A DNA stretch of 32,750 bases from contig JALMLS010000167.1 in the NCBI GenBank assembly GCA_038496445.1, positions 1 through 32,750 on the forward strand, read 5' to 3'. The notes beneath the pieces are model-generated. The model was not told the origin of the DNA and ran no database searches. It saw only the letters and a list, made by a program, of their open reading frames with translations. Each line of letters opens with the position of its first letter. Position 1 is the stretch's first letter. The position numbers and the translations under genes were made by a program. Of the stretch, positions 22,949 through 32,750 are shown in pieces. This DNA is from Trichosphaerium sp. ATCC 40318 (taxonomy: Eukaryota > Protista > Tubulinea).

Positions 22949-24707
22949 TTACATAATCTTATCTGGTTTAAGTACAACATGAGCAGTTGTTCCTGTATTC
23001 ATTGGTCTCTTCTCAAAAGGAAATATTCTTGCTCTGAGTGACTGTTTAAAATAAAACATAAGTATTTGCAACAGTAACTATTTTTTTGTTGTCATCTAAA
23101 CGTACTGGTACATAGTATGCGACAATCATCGCAACAACGATCAATAGTACAATCAATATTGCTATGCTTATGACCAAGTACTTCCACCAATCTGAACACG
23201 TGTTATTGATGTTCATAGCAACTGAGAACTTTGAAGATGTCTGTTTGATTGAAGATTCTACTTTTTTACAACCATCACTATGAACAAAAAGTATATCTGA
23301 GAATCCTTCTGTTGAATTAATACAACTGTATTCAAATAAAGTGCGTTCTGTGTCTTGTTTCTCATCTGTATGGACAACAAGTGTTCCAGAAGGAGTAAAA
23401 CAACCTTGATTTAACTTGTATGAGCAAAAGTATGAGTATGACGTTTCAATACCTGTAATGTTGACATGTCCTCCTTCACGAAAAGTGACCTTGTGGTTTG
23501 GTGTGAGTATGTAATTTCCGTTGAATACTGTAGTTCCAATTATATCAATAGTTAGTGGCAACTCGACAGTTGTAGGACTCATTGGCTCAGTTGGCGTGTC
23601 TATCTGAAGAGAACTAAATGAAATTAGGAGAAGAAACATGATTCCGTTCGTACGAATTTCGTCTTTCAACTTCTTGGCCGAGAAAAGACACACTCACATT
23701 GTTCCTTGAAATAACTGGATAATAGTCGTTGTCAAAGTTAAAAAAGTAAAGTAAATCAGGATTCGTTGTATTGGGAGAGTATGCCAATTCAAGAAGCTCG
23801 TCATCTGATAGCTCCCTTTTTTAAAACAATTACAAAATAGTCAAAAGGTTGTTGTAGTACTTATTCCAAATACTCAAGTTGTCAATGTCACCCTATAACA
23901 GTACTTAGCGCAGGCAATAGCAAATGAAGCTTACAGAAAATCCAAACTTAACTTCATCCGAGCGGTCACTGACCACACCACCAATCGTAAAGTGTCCCTT
24001 TTGTGAATTACTAAGCAGCATCTACAATATCATTTCATAGCGTACCTTGTCCGAGTGAGAGAGGGGAAGCGTGGCGTTTACACTTTTAACTATTGTATTG
24101 TTCGATATTGTCTTCATTGTTATTGCATTGCTGGCTAAATCACGTGATAAAAAAACATAAATCTGCTTTTGGTTAACAACTCGTCTCGTATATAAACTTG
24201 CTTACCCATTCATTTATTGGCACTTGTGGGTGAATCGATGCATCGAAAGCACCGTCAGGATATTTTATCCTCTGCATGTCGTGGAAGGTATGGAACGTGA
24301 GTTGGCTGGTAGAGCTACCAAGAGTTCCAACAGAAAACATGAACCCATTATCTTCAAAAACAGAAGACATTGTCGAAAATATAGTATAAACGCAGTCTCC
24401 ATTGAAAGAACATTCACTATTCACGTTAGAAAAAGAAAAACCGCAGATAAAAACCAACGAGAACCTGTCAAAGTTTACCCATGCGCCAACTGAAATGATA
24501 GAGTAGTTACTGAAATCTTCGCCTTGATAACGAATGCTACCATTACTTGGTGCTTGAATGCTACCACTGCCTGAAAAATGAGCAACCATATCACCAGGAT
24601 AACCTAAAGTAAGCTTGTTAGGTTTTTGTTTACAGATAGTAATATGGCTTTAGCGTACAATGAGTTGGGGTAATCGTGATCAAGCAGAATAGTAGTAGTA
24701 AAATCAT
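22949..24707 (-). CDS. LamG/concanavalin-like single-pass surface protein, copy A
   Basis: Signal peptide MILLLLFCLITITPTHC. LamG hallmarks SVGAWVNF, VPINEWIYV and FTIGG...GFSGDIDNLSIWNKELSDDEL. Short P/T linker, Cys-containing membrane-proximal domain, TM WWKYLVISIAILIVLLIVVAMIVAYYVP, and spliced tail SLRARIFPFEKRP... Confidence 0.85.
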
Positions 24708-24884
24708 AGCAATTTGGCTATTTTTTTCGGGATGTAAAGAGGCCTCCATTCTATGTCTAAAGGCTTTTTGTGCTTTTGTATGGTTTTATGTTATCAGAAG
24801 AGAACCTAGTGGTTGTTATTGGCAGCTTACTTGAAATAGTGTGAGTCATCTAAAACCGCAAATGTGTGACTCTGAAACCTGGTT

Positions 24885-25432
24885 CTTACCAATAACTGAA
24901 GCCAAGTACTGGTAAACAAATGCGCTACCACAAATGCAAGGGTTATCAAGTGCGGGTTTTTTTTGAAAGTTTGGCGAAATTTGGCGACAAGTTCTGTTAC
25001 AGAGTCCTAACGTATTACAACACGACTGTACGGTCTTTTATTCAGTGTATGGAAGTCTGATCATTGAATGGTAATGTTAGACACTATTCTGAACATTCAA
25101 CGTAAAAAAGATCACTTTAGTGGTACGTTACGTATCCTAACACTCATCGAGCTGCTCTTGCAGACAATGTAGTGTAGCTGATGAACCGGTTGATGTGCTG
25201 ATTGACGTAACTCTAAGTTAGGTGTATACTGTCGTAATAAATAGCAGTAAGTTCAGCAGCTGCTGGCGTAATCAGGCCATTTACAGACGAACACTTATTT
25301 AGGGCCTGCGTGGGGCCTCACGTACGAAAGAGGTACGTGTCTGGGAGGAGTATGTTTAGTCAGTAAGCCAACAAATACAGACATACAAAAGGCAACAGTG
25401 AGCAAGGTGGACATTGCTAAAACACGCTTCAT
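24885..25432 (-). pseudogene. Decayed spliced gene for a signal-peptide protein, lying between copies B and A
   Basis: ATG at 25432 gives MKRVLAMSTLLTVAF|YTYLF|PAAELTAIYYDSIHLT*SYVNQHINRFISYTTLSARAAR*VLGYVT|IVSNITIQ*SDFHTLNKRP|TCRQISPNF...CICGSAFVYQYLASVI. Intron boundaries are consensus-like but there are in-frame stops at about 25213, 25144 and 25061. Confidence 0.55.
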
Positions 25433-25462
25433 TTTAGCCAATGTACATGAGTTCTTATGTAC

Positions 25463-27309
25463 TTATCTTGTCTCCATCGCTACATGAGTTGTTGTTCCTG
25501 TATTCATTGGTCTCTTTTCAAAAGGAAATATTCTTGCTCTGAGTGACTGTTTAAAAATAAAACATAAGTATTTACAACAGTAACTCTTTTGTTGTTGTCA
25601 TCTAAACGTACTGGTACATAGTATGCTACAATCATTGCAACAACGATCAATAGTACAAGTAATATTGCTATGCTTATGACCAAGTACTTCCACCAATCTG
25701 AACACGTGTTATTGATGTTCATAGCAACTGAGAACTTTGAAGATGTCTGTTTGGTTGAAGATTCTACTTTTTTACAACTATCACTATGAACAACAAGTAT
25801 ATCTGAGAATCCATCTGTTGAATTAATACAACTGTACTCGAATAAAGTGCGTTCTGTGTCTTGTTTCTCATCTGTATGGACAACAAGTGTTCCAGAAGGA
25901 GTAAAGCAACCTTGATTTAACTTGTATGAGCAAAGTATGAGTATGACATTTCAATACCTGTAATGTTGACATGTCCTCCTTCACGAAAAGTGACCTTGTG
26001 GTTTGGTGTGAGTATGTAATTTCCGTTGAATACTATCATTCCAATTATATCAATAGTTAGTGGCAACTCGAAGCTTGTAGGCCCACTCGTTGGTGCCTGT
26101 GTTGGTGCCTGTATTGGTACACTAGTAGGACTCATACCGGTAGGAGGAGTAGGCGGTACAGTTGGTGATTCTATTTGAAGAGAACTAAATGTATAAGGAT
26201 CACATAAAAAGAACTTTCGTACGAATTTCGTCTTTCAACGTCTTGGCCGAGAAAAGACACACTCACATTGTTCCTGGAAATAACTGGATCATATCCATTG
26301 TCAAAGTCAAAAAAGTAAAGTAAATCAGGATTCATTGTATTGGGAGAATATGCCAATTCAAGAAGCTCGTCATCTGATAGCTCCCTTTTTTAAAACAATT
26401 AAAAAATAGTGAAAAGGTTGTTGTTAGTACTTGTTCCAAATACTCAAGTTTTCAATGTCACCCTACAACAGTGGTTCAATAAGATATAGAGATTAAAAAC
26501 AAATAGCTTACAGAGAACCCAAATTGAGCTACAGTACCATTACGTAGACAACCAATCACAAAATATCCCTTTTTGTTGTTATAAGACTCATTACTACTAT
26601 TTAAAGGATTTTATACCTTGTCTGAGTAAGAGAGGGTTGGTGATGCGTTTACGCTTTTGACTACTGTGTTGTTTGATATTGTCTTTAGTGAAATCTTATT
26701 TTTGGATATATCACGTGAATAATAAACATAAATCTGCGGTAAATATCAGAACATATCCATTACAATCTTACATACCCATTCATTTGCAGGCACTTGTGGG
26801 TGGATGGAGGAATTAAATGCCTCGTTTTTTGGATATTCGTCCCAATTGCCATTGTAATTCTCAAACGCGAGTTGCCGGTTGGAATAGTGGGGAACGAAAC
26901 TACCAACGCTACAGAAACCACCAGTGTCACCACGGTTAAATGATATTGTCGAAAATATAGTATGTAGCCTGCAATCCTCAGAAACACAGTCCCTATTCAT
27001 ATTAGAATAGAAAAGCGTATTAAAAGCAACGAACTTGTCAAAGTTTATCCAGGCGCCAATTGAAATGATAGAGTAGTTACTGAAATCTTCGCCATCAAGA
27101 AGAATACCACCATTTTCCATTCCATCGTCATCACCTCTACCTGAAAAGTGTGCTGCCATACCGAGTGGATTGCCTTGTTAAAGAAAGTGGGTTATGTCGT
27201 AACAATATTTTCGAATTAATTAACTACGAAACATACCACCAGTGCATACTGTTGCCGTAAAAAACGTGACCACGCATAAATACTTCAAAAACACCTCTCT
27301 GTTATACAT
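25463..27309 (-). CDS. LamG/concanavalin-like single-pass surface protein, copy B
   Basis: Leader MYNREVFLKYLCVVTFFTATVCTG. Same exon structure as A, with a P/T-rich stalk (PTSVPIQAPTQAPTSGPTS), TM, and tail SLRARIFPFEKRPMNTGTTTHVAMETR*. Confidence 0.87.
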
Positions 27310-27668
27310 TTAATACTCTGGGTTGGTATCGTTTAGTGCTTGTTATGATGACAGTGTTTGAAGTGAAGAGAACTAGAGTTACCTTAACTAACAAAATTAG
27401 TATTTGTTTTGTGAACAACAAAAAACAAAGATGTCTTGGCGATGAGCCAATGAACAGGTTGATTAATACCTATGACATTTTTTTCCAACAATTCGAAAAA
27501 ATTACCGGCCTTAGATTGTTCAGAAGTTTGTAATGCCATCATTAGCACAAAGTATGACTGTCGGTATTAATTTACTCAGCGTTTGTTGCGAAAAAGTTGT
27601 AAAAGTACGCGCACAACGTTTAACACATACAAGCCTTTTTTCTTTGGCGGCTAAAACTTGTAGGACGA

Positions 27669-27677
27669 TCACGTGAC
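27669..27677. promoter_or_regulatory. Palindromic TCACGTGA (E-box/G-box-like) candidate element ~360 bp upstream of copy B; also at 30822-30830 (copy C) and 14638-14645 (F-box/NHL gene)
   Basis: Exact motif seen at equivalent positions upstream of B and C. Function is inferred only. Confidence 0.3.
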
Positions 27678-28258
27678 AATTTCGTTTTTTTGGTTTTTTT
27701 TTTTGAATGAATTAAATATGTCTGGCAGTTCGGCGTTTGAATTAGTGAGACCGAAGCTGAACTCGAACTCAACAAAAGAAACACCAACACGATTAACGAT
27801 GGCTAATATCAACAACACCCACAAACCCAACCAACTTGAACACCCTATTAGTAATGTACAACAAACACAATACCCCTAACCAAATTCAATCAAAACTAAC
27901 TAAAGAACAAGGTTGCGTCTAGTGATCAATCAGGGACACACTCAAGGGATAATGGTCACCAATCAAAGTATTACGGCACCTCGAGTGCCAAGTGATTGAA
28001 AACTATGGTCGTAGAATATTAACACCTGTAACCACCCTTACGTGAAAACTCCACAAAGTTTTTTTTTTCTCTTTCTTTTTTTTCTTGTAAAATTCTCTTC
28101 TGTACAGAAGGTATCATAATTTCGCACAAATGCACTGTAGTGTTTTAATGTACAAATATATACATAACATCAGTGCGCTATTGATAGCCACTAAGACATT
28201 GTCTTTCCTCCCAAACAGTCGCGTATTTATCGTCTAGGCGCAATGGTTATTCTAACAA

Positions 28259-28572
28259 TCAAATTAGCAGGCAAAGCGTTATAATTACATCCTCAATAGA
28301 TCCCTTAGCCTTAGTTGCTGGTATAGTTGTGTTGATGTCACTGCTGGGTTTGAGATGAAACTCAAATGGGAAGAACAAAGCTCGAAAGCGCTATGCAATA
28401 CAATTAGTATCACGTTCTATATTCACAGACGAGAACTTATATGTAGGACCTCTACACCACTAATGTACGAAAGAGGTACAGATCTGGGAGGAGTATGTTT
28501 AGTCAGTAAGCTAACTAATACAGACATACAAAAGGCAACAGTGAGCAAGATGGACATCAATAAACACCTTCA
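28259..28572 (-). pseudogene. Chimeric relic: first two exons of the 25432 pseudogene fused within an intron to an orphan copy of the last exon of gene D
   Basis: 28420-28590 matches 25280-25450. 28285-28418 matches 30955-31090. The orphan exon 28259-28390 reads RFRALFFPFEFHLKPSSDINTTIPATKAKGSIEDVIITLCLLI* behind an intact ttgcatag acceptor. Confidence 0.75.
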
Positions 28573-28596
28573 TTTAGTCAATGTACATGAGTTCTA

Positions 28597-30455
28597 TCAT
28601 CTTGTTTCCATTTCTACATGAATTCTTGTTCCTGTGTTCATTGGTCTCTTCTCAAAAGGAAATATTCTTGCTCTGAGTGACTGTTCAAAATAAAACATAA
28701 GTATTTGCAACAGTAACTCTTTTGTTGTTGTCATCTAAACGTACTGGTACATAGTATGCGATTATCATTGCAACAACGATCAATAGTACAAGTAATATTG
28801 CTATGCTTATGACCAAGTACTTCCACCAATCTGAACATGTGTTATTGATGTTCATAGCAACTGAGAACTTTGAAGATGTCTGTTTGGTTGAAGATTCTAC
28901 TTTTTTACAACCATCACTATGAACAACAAGTATATCTGAGAATCCATCTGTTGAATTAATACAACTGTACTCAAATAAAGTGCGTTCTGTGTCTTGTTTC
29001 TCATCCGTATGGACAACAAGTGTTCCAGAAGGAGTAAAGCAACCTTGATTTAAAACATGTCAGAAATTGTGCGTGTGGCGTTCCAATACCTGTAATGTTG
29101 ACATGTCCTCCTTCACGAAAAGTGACCTTGTGGTTTGGTGTGAGTATGTAATTTCCGTTGAATACTATCATTCCAATTATATCTATAGTTAGTGGCAACT
29201 CGAAGCTTGTAGGCCCGCTCGTTGGTGCCTGTGTTAGCGCCTGTGTTGGTGCTTTTGTTGGTACACTAGTAGGACTCATACCGGTAGGAGGAGTAGGCGG
29301 TACACTTGGTGATTCTATTTGAAGAGAACTAAATGTATAAGGATCACATAAAAGGAACTTTCGTACGAATTTCGTCTTTCAACTTCTTGGCCGAGAAAAG
29401 ACACACTCACATTGTTCCTGGAAATAACTGGATAATAGTCGTTGTCAAAGTTAAAAAAGTAAAGTAAATCAGGATTCGTTGTATTGGGAGAGTATGCCAA
29501 TTCAAGAAGCTCGTCATCTGATAGCTCCCTTTTTTAAAACAATTACAAAATAGTGAAAAGGTTGTTGTTAGTACTTGTTCCAAATACTCAGGTTGTCAAT
29601 GTCACCCTACAACAGTGGTTCAATAAGATATATAGATTTAAAGCAAATAGCTTACAGAGAACCCCAATCGAGCTGCACTTCCCTCACGTAGACAACCAAT
29701 CACAAAATATCCCTTGCTGTTATTAGACTCATTACTACTATTTAAAGGATTGTACATTGTCTGAGTAAGAGAGTGTTGGTGATGCGTTTACGCTTTTGAC
29801 TACTGTGTTGTTTGATATTGTCTTTAGTGAAATCTTATTTTTGGATATATCACGTGAATAATAAACATAAATCTGCGGTAAATATCAGAACATATCCATT
29901 ACAATCTTACATACCCATTCATTTGCAGGCACTTGTGGGTGGATGGAGGAATTAAATGCCTCGTTTTTTGGATATTCGTCCCAATCGCCATTGTAATTCT
30001 CAAACGCGAGTTGCCGTTTGGAATATATAGGCTTTAAACTACCAACGCTACAGAAACCACCAGTGTCACCACGGTTAAATGATATTGTCGAAAATATAGT
30101 ATGTAGTAGGCAATCCTCAGCATCACAGTCCCTATTCATATTAGAATAGAAAAGCGTATTAAGTATAAAAGCAACGAACTTGTCAAAGTTTATCCAGGCG
30201 CCAACTGAAATGATAGAGTAGTTACTGAAATCTTCGCCATCAATAAGAATACCACCATTTTCTATTCCAATATTGCCTCCACGTGAAAAGTGCGCTGCCA
30301 TATCGAGTGGATTGCCTTGTTAAAGAAAGTAGGTTTCTCTCGTAAAAAATATATTTTCGAATTAATTAACTTCGAAACATACCACCGGTGCATACTGTTG
30401 CCGTAAAAAACGTGACCACGCATAAATACTTCAAAAACACCTCTTTGTTATACAT
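28597..30455 (-). CDS. LamG/concanavalin-like single-pass surface protein, copy C (closest to B)
   Basis: Same exon structure as B, stalk one 4-aa unit longer, tail SLRARIFPFEKRPMNTGTRIHVEMETR*. Confidence 0.87.
29221..29262 (-). repeat. 12-bp coding minisatellite (APTQ-like units) in the stalk of copy C; one unit fewer in B (~26089-26118), absent in A
   Basis: gttggtgcctgt-like units repeated on the + strand. Confidence 0.7.
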
Positions 30456-30950
30456 TTATTGCTCTGGATAGTACGCTGTGGTATCTTTTAGTGGTTGCTA
30501 TGATGACAGCGTTTGAAGTGAATAGAATTGGAGTTGGCTTAACAATTGTAGTATTTGGTTTGTGAACAACAAAGAAAAATTCTTGGTGATGAAGATGAAC
30601 AGGTTGAGCCTTGCCTCTACGTATTTTTTTCAGAATATTTGAAAAAATTCGCAAAAAAAAACCAGGTTTCGAATTATTCAGAAGGTACTAGCGTGAGATT
30701 CGTCCTGTCCAACAAAAGGAGGGAACTGCTAGTATTAATTTACACAGCTTTTAAAAGTACACGCACAACGTTTTAACGCATGCGAGCCTTTTTTTTTGGC
30801 GTCTAAAACCTTGCAGCTCAATCACGTGACAAATACTTTTTTTGATTGAAAGACGACATTACGAAGCTTTTATCCTTGATGAATGCTATTTTATAGACCT
30901 AAAAACAGCAAAGCCACAAACTTGGATGAAAATATCAAATAAACACAGTG

Positions 30951-32750
30951 TTAATTTACATCCTCAATAGATCCCTTAGCTTTAGTTGCTGGTGTGCTTG
31001 TGTTGCCATCATTACTGGATTTGAGATGAAACTCAAATGGGAAGAACAAAGCTCGAAAGCGCTATGCAATACAGTCAGTATCACATTCTACTCAAAAAGA
31101 AAAGAAAAGAACTTACAGGGACAAAGACTACCAAGATCCCTATGGCGATTGCTACAGCTATAACTGTTACTGTCAAGGCTATAAGCATATATCCCCACCA
31201 ATGCAAACATTTCGAACGTATTCTCAATACAACAGAGAACTTTGAAGGCTTATACACCTGATTGTTTTCAACTGTCTTGCACTGGTCACCTTGACTAACA
31301 TCTACATCAGAGAAACCACCATCCGCAGGATCATAGCAATTATAATGAACCAAGACAACTTCTTCAAACGCCATCGTTCGCGTACCATGTAGTACAAGAT
31401 TCCCAGCAGGTTTGAAGCAACCTACAAACAGTTTTTAACAGAAACGTTCGTTGAGTGATCTGAGGTACCCGTAACGTTAAGTACACCACCAGGATGAAAA
31501 CTTATTGTATGATTCTGCTTCAGAATATAGTTTCCTACTAGAGTAATGCTTGAAAAGATCTCAGGATCTTCTGGAAGAGATTCAACAAACAAGTGATTTG
31601 AAGGCTGTCCACCAAGAACAGAAGTGGGCTCTATTGAAGGCGCATCGGTCATTGATGTGTTGTGTCCAGGTAGATAGGGAAAAGGTGACCTGTGCAAGTA
31701 AGAAGAACTTTATTCTAAGATCAGAGATTACCCAACTAAAACTTGTGGTTGTATTTGTCCTATAAACGATATATTTGCTTGACCGACAGGATACCGTGGA
31801 TTGAATTCATCTTCAAAATCAAAGTGGTATAGTTTTGAGGTATTTCGCGTGGATAACGAGTCTCTTGCAATCTGTTGAATCTCATCTACTGATAAAGCTC
31901 TGTTCGAAAAGAAAGTAAGACAAAGATTAGTCATACTAACGCACGTGCTCCATATCATCAAGTCATCTATTTCACCCTTAAAAGGAAATTAATTTACTGT
32001 TTTATGTGTAACTTAAGTACACTGAACCCAAACTTGCACGTCGTTTTGTTAAATCTTTGTGAAACACCACCTATTGTAAAATATCCCTAAATTTATTAAA
32101 CCTCCTCTTCTACTGGAAGTTATTTTAGGGCGAACGCACCAATTCAGACTTTTCTATTGGTACTCCTACAGATCCTGAATAATTACCTCGCAGCGAAGTG
32201 TCATTACTCAATACTACTATGTTCACCATCCCAGAAGCCTGATGTCTCTCAAAATATACATACATCTACAATTGTTTAGTGTTGCGGAAAGTTTTTCTGC
32301 AAACGTACCCATTCGCTTTCCTTAATAGCGTTCGTGTCTGTAAAATATTGTTCAAACTCATTATCTTGGCCTGCTACTGTGACTGTTTCAATAAATAACT
32401 GGAGTGATGACAGGGTAGGTACTATATGGCCTATGCCATAAATAGCACCGTATTGAGCGCCCAGACCGTTTGGTTTTGTAGATAAAATAGCGAACAATTG
32501 GCAATCTGAACCAACACAAGATCTTTTTACTGGATAAGTCACGTGATAAAATAAAAAAAAACGGCCTAAAATGAACAAAAAACAAGCATAGTCGCCTACA
32601 CTTGCCTGTTGAAGTTTATCCAAGCCCCTATTGACAACACTGGATAATCTCTAAAATCGGTACCAAAAACACGTATAGCGCCGCATCCTGTATCATAGTC
32701 GTCACCGTCACCACCAAAGTGAGCTGAAGAGCCTCTTGGAAAACCTGCGC
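30951..32750 (-). CDS. Divergent LamG/concanavalin-like single-pass surface protein, copy D (5' end beyond the window)
   Basis: SAHFGGDG...LSIGAWINFNR, ESEW, GYFTIGG...GFSGEIDDLMIWSTALSVDEI, GGVLNVTGCFKPAGNLV, TM WWGYMLIALTVTVIAVAIAIGILVVFVP, and tail RFRALFFPF... Intron positions match A-C. Confidence 0.85.

Larger units (their letters stand above)
25280..30830. repeat. Recent tandem segmental duplication with ~3.1 kb period (about 25280-27680 vs 28420-30830), including introns, upstream region and downstream relic
   Basis: Near-identical exons, introns and ~370 bp of upstream sequence are visible by direct comparison. The 3' half is also shared with 22985-23900. Confidence 0.92.

Noticed and set aside
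23046-23100. Different C-termini of copies A and B in the ORF track (…TYVLF* vs …KRDQ*)
   Set aside because: This segment is the last intron (gtacgt...aaacag). After splicing, A, B and C all continue SLRARIFPF.
27880-28030. GDHYPL motif on the minus strand resembling the end of a LINE AP-endonuclease
   Set aside because: Six-residue match flanked by stops, with no other endonuclease or reverse-transcriptase motifs.
22949-30830. CRISPR-like or transposon repeat structure
   Set aside because: The repeats are kilobase-scale gene duplications with introns. There is no repeat-spacer pattern, terminal inverted repeat, LTR or transposase.
31902-31950. Apparent GCACGT donor in copy D (TGGA|GCACGTGCGT)
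   Set aside because: The adjacent GT donor (AC|GTGCGT) gives the right phase (WSTALS) and matches the intron position in A-C.
1-32750. Stop-codon reassignment as the cause of the many short ORFs
   Set aside because: Nearly all interruptions are explained by short introns with consensus ends, and intact genes terminate at TAA or TGA.

Overview
AT-rich, gene-dense, intron-rich eukaryotic nuclear DNA, most likely from an amoeboid protist. This is inferred from short introns with GTAC/GTGCGT donors and CTAAC branch points, and from gene families typical of Amoebozoa. The ORF track only shows exon fragments, so I spliced the genes by hand. In order the window holds: a PPR protein (truncated), a PA-domain multi-TM receptor-like protein, an F-box-like/MORN-variant protein, a secreted pepsin-type aspartic protease, a ~60-aa Trp-repeat protein with a C-terminal PD-(D/E)XK-like nuclease domain, a decayed coding region, a secreted protein of 8 tandem six-Cys knottin-like modules, an F-box/NHL protein, a large Clu-domain plus RCC1-repeat protein, a second F-box-like/MORN-variant gene, and a tandem array of four LamG-like single-pass surface proteins with pseudogene relics between them. 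The most notable features are (i) the surface-protein array, with amino-acid change concentrated in short patches, mosaic identity between copies and an orphan in-phase alternative tail exon; (ii) the repeat-nuclease protein; (iii) the 8x knottin protein; (iv) 3-4 GC-AG introns; and (v) three single-base frame breaks at A-runs, probably assembly errors. No rRNA, tRNA, CRISPR or recognisable transposon was found.
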